Shown one piece after another: positions 20,155-29,469 of a stretch of DNA of 64,000 bases. The notes below the pieces were generated by a model, which was not told the DNA's origin, did no database searches, and worked only from the letters and a program-made list of their open reading frames with translations. Origin of the DNA: Candidatus Zixiibacteriota bacterium (GTDB taxonomy: Bacteria > Zixibacteria > MSB-5A5 > UM-FILTER-46-8); the NCBI GenBank assembly GCA_014730175.1, contig WJIR01000026.1:1027-65026 (forward strand), given 5' to 3'. Each line of letters starts with the position of its first letter. Position 1 is the first letter of the stretch. Made by a program: the position numbers and the translations under genes.

Positions 20155-20634
20155 TTTACTCTCCTTGCTTGGATTTTTATTTCTCAGAATCAGGTTCTAT
20201 ATAAACAAGGTGGGTAACCTCCTCGTTACAAATCACGAATCCCGACTAATATTGTAAACTATAAAAATAAGAACCGATTGTCAACAAATAAAATAATTTA
20301 TGTTATTTATATAATCGGCGAGAGGGTATTGGAGGAAAATAGTTTCACTAACATCCTGTTAAGAAGTTATTAATGTTCGCGATTCGGACTATGACGATTC
20401 CACTCCATGATAGTATACAGGAGAGAGATAATGAAATATAGGGGGATTATGATAATGGCCATGATGAAGAATAACGGTTCATCGCTTCCATGCGCATCAA
20501 AGTAGGACTTGAATGTTCCGTAAATGAAATCGTGAAGGATTACCGCCACATTCCAGGCAGCTATGATCAGCAGGATTCTCTTCCAGGCTTACAGCAGATA
20601 TTTTCCATAGAATCTCCTCGTTACAGCCGCATTG

Positions 20635-21186
20635 TTAATTCCGCGGAGATCTTCTGTGTTCCCTTCGCCATTTATAGGGCGGAATAAATTCTTTGACCTC
20701 TGAATTCTCAGCCGTCTCCAGTATTCGCTCCGCGAGTTCCGGGAATCCGTTATCGCCATAGTATGAAACAGTCTCATAAGCCAGTCCCGCTTCGATCAAT
20801 TGTATGGAGAGCAGCTCCCCATCCACGAACACGTGCGCCAGCATTCTACCATAACGATCATCTTGATAAGGTAAATATGAGATCACCTCCGCATTATGGA
20901 GTAAAGCCGCCGTATAAGCGGACGCTTCTCTCCCAAAGGATTGATCCTCGTGGAATCCATGTTCTGGATGCGAAATCTCAGGCGTATCCATACCCAGTAC
21001 CCTTATCCCCTTGCCCCTGTACTCGAAAGTATCGCCATCATCGAGTATTATCTCCGATTTCTCGATCAAGATCACCTCCGATCCATCAGGTATGAATACT
21101 ATATCCTTTTTAACTGGCGATCCGCAGGAACTGAATATTATGGAGACAATAAGCAGGATAAATATTTGTTTGGAAATTATCTTCAT
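20635..21186 (-). CDS. Thermonuclease (staphylococcal-nuclease-like, SNase) lipoprotein
   Basis: Lipobox IFSSCGS after the ATG at 21186. The SNase core contains GKGIRVLGMDTPE...FGREA...RMLAHVFVDGELL. Confidence 0.7.
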   Translation of the reverse strand: MKIISKQIFILLIVSIIFSSCGSPVKKDIVFIPDGSEVILIEKSEIILDDGDTFEYRGKGIRVLGMDTPEISHPEHGFHEDQSFGREASAYTAALLHNAEVISYLPYQDDRYGRMLAHVFVDGELLSIQLIEAGLAYETVSYYGDNGFPELAERILETAENSEVKEFIPPYKWRREHRRSPRN

Positions 21187-21315
21187 TCTTTTCCTCGATT
21201 GAACACACTCTTTGATTGTAATTAACGGGCAATATAATGCCCTCACGGAAGGAGGCAAAATAAAAAGAGGAGGGAATTAGAAATCCCTCCTCCTGCAAAT
21301 AGATCTGTATTCTTT

Positions 21316-24279
21316 CTATTTCAACAAAGTCATCCGTTTGGTGAATACCTTATCCCCTGCAGTAAGTTTATAGAAGTATACTCCGCTGGAATAGTTAGAG
21401 GCATCCCAGGCTACCGAATGCTCTCCGGCATCATTGTATCCGTCAAACAATGTTGCCACGTGCCGTCCTGCGAGATTGTACACGTCCAATTTCACGTTCG
21501 CACTCTTAGGTAAGGTATAAGTGATGCTGGTCTGAGCATTGAACGGATTCGGGTAGTTTCCGACCAATGAATATTGCGAGGGAACGGGTTCACCGATAAA
21601 GTCGCCTTCCAAAAACCAGCTATCAGCGGGATTGTTCGTCAAGGCACCGGAAACCGTGAAATCGAATTGCACCGAATCACACTTATCATCCGGACGATCA
21701 CCGCAATAGGCAATGTAAATGTAAGATCCCTGTGGAGCGAATCCCGGTACTTGCTGGTTGGTATGAGCGTTTAGGGTCTGTCCCGGAGCGAGAGAGAGAT
21801 TATTATAACCGAACTGCTGATAAAAATCTCCATCGTGAATGACTCCGCCCCAGACATCGGTTGTAATAGATGTGTCGCAAACATTGCCGATAAAGCCAGT
21901 CAAACCGAAACTGCCGCCCGGCGGTACTATAACCGGATCATCATCGGGGATCATGTCAACATCGCAGCAGCAATCAGGCTGGGGTAGCTCCCATGTAATT
22001 ACGACATCGTCAACATACCATCCGTCTCGGTTAGTCGAGGAATTCGTATCCAGCCTGAACCTCAGGAGAAAGTCTGTAACACCAGCGAAACTGTCAAGAG
22101 AGTGTATCGCCTGTACAAATGATTCCTGCGTGCCGGTTATGGAGCTGCCGATCTGCGTCCAGTTGTTACCGCCATCATCGGAGCCCTCGATGTAAATATA
22201 ATCGGAACCGCTCTGGAGATTATAGCGATGATAGAATGATAGTTGAATGTTCGACGCATCGGTGAAATCCAATCCCGCTTTCATCGCCATCCAGCAGTCC
22301 GCATTATTAGCGTAGTTCCCTTGCGGGCTGTCATGAAAAGCGAGATTACCGGAATTGGAATGTGTTGCCGATAATCCCCATCTATCATTATTACCACCGG
22401 TTTCCCAGTTGAAGGGACCATTTTCGAAATCATCGACAAACTGTGGAGTGGATGCTTCGGTAATGAACCTGTTATTAGGCGCTCCCACCGGATAAACCTC
22501 ACTCAGCCCATTAGTCTTTTCGGCGTAAACATAGTAATAAACAGATTCACCCATTCCCGGTGTTGGGATGTCAGCCGAGTATGTATCCTGATTATTGGTC
22601 ATCTGGATGGAATTGTAATTCTGAGAACCGTTGTGATTCCAGTAAAGAGTCACGCTGGAAGGATTAATTCCCTCCGAACTGGTTATCTCTCCCGAAAAAT
22701 AAGCTTCGTTAAGTGGAGCCACGTAGGGAAGAGGAACCATGTCGAAGACGATATCCCCTTCCGGATGATAAAATATCGCTTTGGTGGTATTAACCACGCC
22801 CCATCCGTAAGTATTATTTGGGCTGTCCGTATTATCCGCGGTCGCCATCAAAGCCTCACGCACCATCATCGGGGTCCAGTTGGGATGAGCCGAAAGTACC
22901 GCACCTGCGCTTCCGCCCACCAACGGTGTTGAAAGTGATGTGCCACTGGCGTCAGTGAATCCGCCGAGGTCATACGGGTTAGCGCAATCGGTGTCAACGC
23001 CTCGAGCAGTCACTTCAGGCTTAGTGCGATCGTCGTAGGTGGGACCGCGCGAGGAAAAACTGGCTATCTCGCCTTCGGAGTTGACCGCGCCGCAGGCAAT
23101 AACGCTATCCCCGTCGGCAGGAGCAATTAGCGAACCGTTACCCATCCAGCCTTCATTGCCCATTGCTGTGCAGACTGCTATACCATTATATGCGGCGAGG
23201 TCTGCGGCAATCGTAACAATCGTTGTGTTACCATCGAGATCGGAATACTCGTAATCTCCCTGGCCTTCATCGAACCAACGGTAACCGAGTGAGGCTGAAA
23301 TCACTTGTGCCCCGATGGAATCCGCCCACAGAGCGGCAGCAGCCCAGTGATCCTCTTCAATATGCCTTTCCTGGGAAACATCCTCGGTTTTTCCCAGCAG
23401 GAACTCCGCATTAAAGGAGGGACCGTAAAGAGAACCGGAATACTCGCCGCCCAGCGCTGACCAGGTCAAAGTTCCATGGTTTGGCTGATCCCAGGGATCG
23501 CCGTTTTCCCAATCGGTGTCCCCATCGCCCATTACGAAATCCCATTCCGCAATCAAGCGGTTGTCATTGAATATCTCATCGAATGCTACATGACCTTTGC
23601 GGTAACCGGTGTCGAGCATGCAGATAATCACGCCGGTTCCGTCGAATCCCAGCTCATGAGCCGGAGGAACATTTATCTGAAGTAGCTGCGATTCCGAAGG
23701 TCCATAATTGTAGCTGTAATCGCTGATATCGCCGAATCTCGAATATCTATCAGCGCCCTCGATCCTGTCTATCTCTTTCCCCAGCGCCTTTACCCTCTCT
23801 ATTCTCCGAACGAAAGGCAAGGATGAAATAGCCTCAATATTCCCTGTATCGATGTATGCGGAGACAGCGTTCAACCATTTTACGCGGTGCACTATTTCCG
23901 CACCTGAGTTTTCTGTCTCGTTAACATATTCATTATTCACAGGCAGATCGAGAAAATCGACAAGATTATCTCCACGTGTTTTAGCGCGCCTCTTTAACGC
24001 AGCTTCGGTAAGTGCATTCTCAGCTTCAGCCAAAGCATTATCCAGCTCATGCTGAGATGATATTCCCTTGTCCGTGAAATAAATCCAGACCTTTACTCTT
24101 TCGGTATCGAATTTATCAAGTAATTGAGGTTCGATAACCTGCTCAGATTTGGGAAGATAGAGTTTTCTCTGGGGTGCGGCTTTATCTGCGGAAAAACCAG
24201 CGGATGCCGCCCATGTTATTGAAAGCAGCATAATAACTAATATGACACTCCAGCGAGAACATGACATATTTTTGAACAT
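21316..24279 (-). CDS. Secreted subtilisin-like serine protease (peptidase S8) with shared Cys-rich domain and T9SS sorting domain
   Basis: Catalytic triad motifs DTGY (Asp), HGTLT (His) and GTSLSTP (Ser). A signal peptide, the CCCDVDMIPDDDPVIV...AYCGD module and the NYPNPFNAQTSITY...VYNLAGR CTD are also present. Confidence 0.9.
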   Translation of the reverse strand: MFKNMSCSRWSVILVIMLLSITWAASAGFSADKAAPQRKLYLPKSEQVIEPQLLDKFDTERVKVWIYFTDKGISSQHELDNALAEAENALTEAALKRRAKTRGDNLVDFLDLPVNNEYVNETENSGAEIVHRVKWLNAVSAYIDTGNIEAISSLPFVRRIERVKALGKEIDRIEGADRYSRFGDISDYSYNYGPSESQLLQINVPPAHELGFDGTGVIICMLDTGYRKGHVAFDEIFNDNRLIAEWDFVMGDGDTDWENGDPWDQPNHGTLTWSALGGEYSGSLYGPSFNAEFLLGKTEDVSQERHIEEDHWAAAALWADSIGAQVISASLGYRWFDEGQGDYEYSDLDGNTTIVTIAADLAAYNGIAVCTAMGNEGWMGNGSLIAPADGDSVIACGAVNSEGEIASFSSRGPTYDDRTKPEVTARGVDTDCANPYDLGGFTDASGTSLSTPLVGGSAGAVLSAHPNWTPMMVREALMATADNTDSPNNTYGWGVVNTTKAIFYHPEGDIVFDMVPLPYVAPLNEAYFSGEITSSEGINPSSVTLYWNHNGSQNYNSIQMTNNQDTYSADIPTPGMGESVYYYVYAEKTNGLSEVYPVGAPNNRFITEASTPQFVDDFENGPFNWETGGNNDRWGLSATHSNSGNLAFHDSPQGNYANNADCWMAMKAGLDFTDASNIQLSFYHRYNLQSGSDYIYIEGSDDGGNNWTQIGSSITGTQESFVQAIHSLDSFAGVTDFLLRFRLDTNSSTNRDGWYVDDVVITWELPQPDCCCDVDMIPDDDPVIVPPGGSFGLTGFIGNVCDTSITTDVWGGVIHDGDFYQQFGYNNLSLAPGQTLNAHTNQQVPGFAPQGSYIYIAYCGDRPDDKCDSVQFDFTVSGALTNNPADSWFLEGDFIGEPVPSQYSLVGNYPNPFNAQTSITYTLPKSANVKLDVYNLAGRHVATLFDGYNDAGEHSVAWDASNYSSGVYFYKLTAGDKVFTKRMTLLK

Positions 24280-24569
24280 AATTCCTCCTCGGGGAAGTTT
24301 AGTTGAAATTAGTTGTCATCGGTTAGTTTGATTTGAGAAGAAAAACCGGATTCGGTGACAAGTTTATAATAGCTTATCACGTCTATTACCGAATTGTTTC
24401 TATTTGCTTAAGGTAAAACAAATATAATGAATTTTGTTCCGAATGGAAAGCTATTTTCAATACGGTTTATTTTTGAACCCGCTCTGATTTTACAACCACC
24501 AATAATACAATTCAGGTGAAATAACCGCGCGAAGCAAAGAAGCCTCTTAGGTGTTGACAGGATATGAGC

Positions 24570-25808
24570 TTATATATCAATCAACTTATCCCCCGCCGTA
24601 TATTCAGCGACATTAACGGCGTCAATATTCATTAAAGAAGAGATAACATCCTTGATTTTAAGAGAGTTATTCTCGATAAGCTCGATTTTCTTGCGAATAT
24701 CTGCGGGGAGTTCTTCTTCGCTCTTGAGTAACAGGAGCTGGGCTGCTCCCAATACCACCGAAAGTTGATTGTTTACATGATGATTTACGGTAGCCGCTGT
24801 TAACCTGACCAAACCGGCTTTATCCGCATCCAGAAGTTTTCTATAACCAGCGAGGATTAAATGCATCGAAGCGGAATGAGCGAAATCGGGATTAAACCGA
24901 TGCACCAAATCATCGATATTCTTCTCGACTTCTATAGGCGGTCTTCTGAAAAATCCGATGATGCAGAAACCGAAACTATTCTTTTTTCCCTTTAGAGGAT
25001 AAAAGAATAACTCGCGCGCATCATATTTAGCCAGTTCGGAAATCAGCGATTGGGGAAGGTCGGCTTTTGTTAAGGACGCACACCATTTTGACTGGACCAC
25101 CCTCATATCAAACTGTGCTCTCGGGATGGTCAGGTCTGCGCTGAACTCCGACTGAATAGCTCCGGAAGTATCTTCGGAACTGAAGAATAACTCGGCATTG
25201 CTCTCACCCGGGAATAGATAGCCTATTGCACACATCACCGGCGCCGCAATCTTGGTTATTTCTTTAGTAAACAATTCAATCGTGTGCCGCGGGCTTTTGC
25301 TTATTTTAATAGTCCCAACGGAATCCGGTTTACCGATGCCGATTTCCCTTGCCGCCGCTGAGGAGATTAAGTTTACAAATATATCGATTAGATCCTTCTC
25401 GGACTTCTGTAACTTACGGGAATCACGCGATAGGATTACCAGCAGCCCATAGTTAAAATTACCGAATATCAATCCTCTGCATTTTGCTTTCAGCTTATCT
25501 TTCCCGGCAAGGATCAAATCGGCGTTATCTATATCCAGTTTGTAATTTTCTCCGGCTATATGCTCGGTCGACCGGCGATAATTATTAAGAATATTATTTA
25601 GCTCTCCCAGATATTCCTCATTGCCTACTGTCGAAATGGTCGGTTCTCCCGATCCGTCAATCACCAAACAACCTACGGAGCACTCGGGTAGCTGTTTGGC
25701 AAGTAATTCACACACCTCCCCTGTACCGACGCTAATAGGTAATTCAGCGATAGCCCTTGATGCGAGCGAGACGGCTTCGAACTTGGATGCAGGAACAATT
25801 TCGTTCAT
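24570..25808 (-). CDS. GAF-domain sensor protein with a C-terminal histidine-kinase DHp-like domain but no ATPase domain
   Basis: The C-terminus (VNHHVNNQLSVVLGAAQLL...) resembles a HisKA H-box helix and the ORF ends about 60 aa later. The N-terminal two-thirds is GAF-like. Confidence 0.55.
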   Translation of the reverse strand: MNEIVPASKFEAVSLASRAIAELPISVGTGEVCELLAKQLPECSVGCLVIDGSGEPTISTVGNEEYLGELNNILNNYRRSTEHIAGENYKLDIDNADLILAGKDKLKAKCRGLIFGNFNYGLLVILSRDSRKLQKSEKDLIDIFVNLISSAAAREIGIGKPDSVGTIKISKSPRHTIELFTKEITKIAAPVMCAIGYLFPGESNAELFFSSEDTSGAIQSEFSADLTIPRAQFDMRVVQSKWCASLTKADLPQSLISELAKYDARELFFYPLKGKKNSFGFCIIGFFRRPPIEVEKNIDDLVHRFNPDFAHSASMHLILAGYRKLLDADKAGLVRLTAATVNHHVNNQLSVVLGAAQLLLLKSEEELPADIRKKIELIENNSLKIKDVISSLMNIDAVNVAEYTAGDKLIDI

Positions 25809-26463
25809 TTCTATAACACAGCTAAATTTTTCCTCTGTTCCTTGATACGGATTATCTCCACCGTTGTTCGTGCTATTGACGGAGCAGGTTTAATACCCCG
25901 AAAAATCACCAGAGGATTTACCAATTGCACTTACCCCTTTACAGGTTCGGAGTAGATCCCTTACATGATCTCCATAGCCGACTTATCATTTGCCGGGTTC
26001 CAGCGTAAAGGGAAGAAGACTTATAATGCTCGAAAAATAGAGATTAATGCTCGGATGTCAAGTAGAATATAGGTTTGAGCATTATACATCGGTTCTTTGG
26101 ACCATTAACCACAAGTAAATCATTGAGTTTCAAAATCATTTTTGTTAATCTCTGATAGCAATATCTGCCTGACAAAACGCCTACTTTCATACAAACGAGA
26201 TGAGATTCGACAAATATTGAAATCAGCGACACCAACTTTTCCTTGACAACAACCGCCGAACTCGTTTCTTAATATATATAGAATTTGGTCATTCGATATG
26301 TTTGGCCGAAATTTCTTGACCTGTCCCGAACTATGCGGTGTTTTCCAGTGGGTATAATCGCAACATTAGCTCAGGAAAGCGCTATAGTAAATCTTCATGT
26401 ATCTTAGCGATCCAGGAGCATTAATATTTAACTAATGACGCGGATTTTTCAGCGAGGTTAGAA

Positions 26464-27621
26464 ATGAGACACACGGTTTTTACAGTACTGTGTTGCCTGA
26501 TTATATATGGGTGCGGTAACGCAATGCAGGTGATTGATTTCGAAGGACTACCGGATTATTATTATTATTACGGGGGTAATGAGAATATCGATGGTTACTA
26601 TCCCGGGCTTGAGTTCGGACCACACGCAGTGATACTGGACAGCGTTATCTACGGATATAATTCCGAAGGATACCCACCTCATTCCGGTAACTGCGTCCTG
26701 GCGACAATCGGCGCTTCCTATACGCGAGTTGATTTCTCTATTCATACCAATCATGTCGGAATGTGGTACACTTCGTATTTTACCTTTCATGTTGAAGCGT
26801 ACGATGGCAATGATAATCTTTTAGTTTCCACTACGGCTCCCGCAAATTACGGAAGCACAGATTTTGTCGAGGTGAATTCGGTAGGGATTGCTTATGTTAT
26901 ATATCATAATTCGGGAGATCTATTCGTTATCGATGATTTCGAATACGAGGATGAGCCCTGCTGTCTGGATATCGATATGGAGCCGGACGAAGACCCGGTA
27001 ATTGTCAGCCCGGGGGAATCATTCTGGTTTACCGGCTCTATTTTAAATATGTGTGTATATCCGGTCGTGACGGATATCTGGTTGATGGTGGATGTTCCCG
27101 GATATGGACTGTATGGTCCCCTGGCAAGAAACCTTAATCAAACCGTAGAACCCGGGCAGATCTTGACCCGCCACATGGCTCAAGCGGTTCCCCTCGAAGC
27201 TCAACCGGGTGTCTATAGTTATGTCGCTTATTGTGGTGATTTCCCGAATTATCTGTGTGATGGAACTTCGTTTCCATTTACGATTGTAGAAGGTTCGTCA
27301 TCAGAAGGCAGCAGCACATGGCATAATAGAACCGCTTTTGATTTCAAGGCGGCTCCCGATAAATCAAGTCTGATGGACAGTTACCCCAATCCTTTCAATT
27401 CCCGAACAAACATCCAATTCGAGCTAAGCTCCGAATGTCATGCACGACTGGAGATTTATAACATGTTGGGGCAAAGAATAACGGTTCTTGTAGACGAATA
27501 CTTAAATGCAGGTGAGTACTCGGTGCAATGGGATGCGGGCGACCTTCCCAGCGGCATTTATCTGGCAAGACTTTATGAGGATGGCAAGACTACTACCGTT
27601 CGGATGAGTTTAATAAAGTGA
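26464..27621 (+). CDS. Secreted T9SS cargo (lipo)protein with shared Cys-rich domain and T9SS sorting domain
   Basis: Signal/lipobox (LIIYGCGNA), a Cys-rich module (CCLDIDMEPDEDPVIV...AYCGD...CD), and a CTD (SYPNPFNSRTNIQF...IYNMLGQ). Confidence 0.8.
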   Translation: MRHTVFTVLCCLIIYGCGNAMQVIDFEGLPDYYYYYGGNENIDGYYPGLEFGPHAVILDSVIYGYNSEGYPPHSGNCVLATIGASYTRVDFSIHTNHVGMWYTSYFTFHVEAYDGNDNLLVSTTAPANYGSTDFVEVNSVGIAYVIYHNSGDLFVIDDFEYEDEPCCLDIDMEPDEDPVIVSPGESFWFTGSILNMCVYPVVTDIWLMVDVPGYGLYGPLARNLNQTVEPGQILTRHMAQAVPLEAQPGVYSYVAYCGDFPNYLCDGTSFPFTIVEGSSSEGSSTWHNRTAFDFKAAPDKSSLMDSYPNPFNSRTNIQFELSSECHARLEIYNMLGQRITVLVDEYLNAGEYSVQWDAGDLPSGIYLARLYEDGKTTTVRMSLIK

Positions 27622-27638
27622 GGAAACCTATTTGGGGC

Positions 27639-28613
27639 TTACTTTAACACAGGTCTGGGTGAATGCTCAGCACCAACTGAATCCGGTTTTCCTGATTTCG
27701 CAAGATAATCAGAAACGGTGGAGAAATTGAACTCCGAGAAAAGCTTTCGTAATTTTGGCAACGTTGTATGAAGGTTGGTATAATGCCGGAACCTGCTGTT
27801 AAGGCTACTGCGGATTTTGGGCTGGTGCGGATCAACTTCCCAGGGATGTACATATACTACCGACGGTATCAACCTTTCGTTTAACTTGCGAATAATCCTT
27901 CTTGTGAACCAGTAAGGGAATAGCCGGAGATAACCTCCGCCAGCCGCCGCAATGCGCGTGTTAAAAAATTTCGTGGTTGTTGCCGGTATCTCTGTGATGT
28001 ACTCACCGCATTTCAGTTCCACATCGAATATAGTAGCGGGGGCGCTTTGGAAACCATACCGGTCATGCTTTATAGGGAAAACGCTGGATGAGTAGGTAAA
28101 GCCGAGTTCATGGAGAATGTCCCATGCCCATTGAGACTTTTCAACAATCGAAAAACTGGGCGCTCGGTAACCTTTAACCGCGCTGCCGGTAATCTCTTCG
28201 AGAATCGCTTTGGCTTTCATAGTGTCTTCACGAAATTCGTCCGGAGACAGGTTGTATATAAGGCGATGAGCGTAGCTGTGGCATCCAACTTCATGTCCCC
28301 TGTTGTGTATTAAAAGAACTATTTCCGGAAATCGTTCTGCAATCCATCCCAGGATGAAAAAAGTGGCTTTTATATCATAGTCATCCAGCAACTTCAGTAG
28401 TAGGCTGGTATTAGAAATCACCCTGCTCTCGAATTTATCCCAATCGGCTCGATTAACTTCATTTGCAAAACCGTTAACATGAAAATAATCCTCGACATCG
28501 ACGGTGAACATATTTGTGAATCCGGAACGCGACGCTCTGCCGGTATATGGGCCTGGGGAGTTACGTTGATATAATGATTCAGTAGTCTGCTTACTATGGT
28601 TGTTCTTATTCAT
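27639..28613 (-). CDS. Polysaccharide deacetylase (NodB-homology; resembles the FTVDVEDYFHV N-terminus of the PEP-CTERM-locus subfamily)
   Basis: The MFTVDVEDYFHV motif and a NodB-type fold signature are present. The true start may be the internal Met at residue 35. Confidence 0.7.
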   Translation of the reverse strand: MNKNNHSKQTTESLYQRNSPGPYTGRASRSGFTNMFTVDVEDYFHVNGFANEVNRADWDKFESRVISNTSLLLKLLDDYDIKATFFILGWIAERFPEIVLLIHNRGHEVGCHSYAHRLIYNLSPDEFREDTMKAKAILEEITGSAVKGYRAPSFSIVEKSQWAWDILHELGFTYSSSVFPIKHDRYGFQSAPATIFDVELKCGEYITEIPATTTKFFNTRIAAAGGGYLRLFPYWFTRRIIRKLNERLIPSVVYVHPWEVDPHQPKIRSSLNSRFRHYTNLHTTLPKLRKLFSEFNFSTVSDYLAKSGKPDSVGAEHSPRPVLK

Positions 28614-28689
28614 ACAATTTCTTAGTCTGTATCATTCAAAAGTTTTAACATCGGTAGCTAAAGGTTTAAGCGCCTCAGGCGTACTTGTG

Positions 28690-28805
28690 CTTCCAACGTC
28701 TGTTTGTGATCTTCAATTCCAATCCGCAAATGATCTAATTCCATTAAATCCCCGAAGGACAAGCTTTCGGTTACCGAATTGTGGTTTTCATGAATTATCC
28801 GGATT
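28690..28805 (-). repeat. Copy F of the intergenic repeat family, inverted orientation
   Basis: TTAAATCCCCGAAGGACAAGCTTTCGGTTACCGAATTGTGGTTTTCATGAATTATCCGG is the reverse complement of the 5' module of copies A and B. Confidence 0.5.
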
Positions 28806-28925
28806 TGCACCTAACCGCTGGCTGTTGCGTATTAAAGTGAGCGGATGAATACCACCGTTGTTAATAATAATAATTGGGAATTTCATTATTCCCTGGTTAC
28901 ATTAGGAATATCGGCAGATGACACA

Positions 28926-29450
28926 CTACTTTTGACGGGATTTTGATATCGTATTGATTTGATATGTAACAAAATAACCCGGGGGAAAACCGAATATAAT
29001 TCCCAGCGTAAATCTTATCGATTCGGGCACTTGCCAAAAACCTAACGCTCCGGATATTATATCGGTTAAATTGATGATTACTGCAACTATAAGCCAAAAC
29101 AGGATACGCTGATTTACCGTGTTTATCCTCACCGATCCGGCGATCACCCACCCAATTACCAAACCAGTATAAATCCCTGAACATCTGTAGCAGATTATCA
29201 AAGATTGCGAAAGAAGAGTTGGGCAGCGGGATGATTTTTGATGGCAATTGAATGAATATAGATAGCGGATAAAATCCGCGATCTCGGTAAAACCGTTTAA
29301 CATGAATAGGAATTCCGCTGCGGCAAGCGCTAACGGCAACGAGAAGAACAGCAGCAGTATATACATTATGTAGCGCCGTAATAATCTGCTGACTATCTCT
29401 CCAGTGGGATAGAGAACCCTATTCAAATAAATCGTAATAGTTTCCACCAC
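28926..29450 (-). CDS. DUF2085-family membrane protein
   Basis: Conserved CHQ...RCPT...CYRCSGIY motif between TM helices, as in DUF2085. Confidence 0.5.
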   Translation of the reverse strand: MVETITIYLNRVLYPTGEIVSRLLRRYIMYILLLFFSLPLALAAAEFLFMLNGFTEIADFIRYLYSFNCHQKSSRCPTLLSQSLIICYRCSGIYTGLVIGWVIAGSVRINTVNQRILFWLIVAVIINLTDIISGALGFWQVPESIRFTLGIIFGFPPGYFVTYQINTISKSRQK

Positions 29451-29469
29451 CGCGGCGCCTGAATCTAAT

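Noticed and set aside
20372-20586. Unlisted minus-strand frame of about 59 aa encoding a hydrophobic peptide (…FFIMAIIIIPLYFIISLLYTIMEW…)
   Set aside because: No ATG start (only a GTG candidate) and no RBS. It is recorded only as a possible small membrane peptide.
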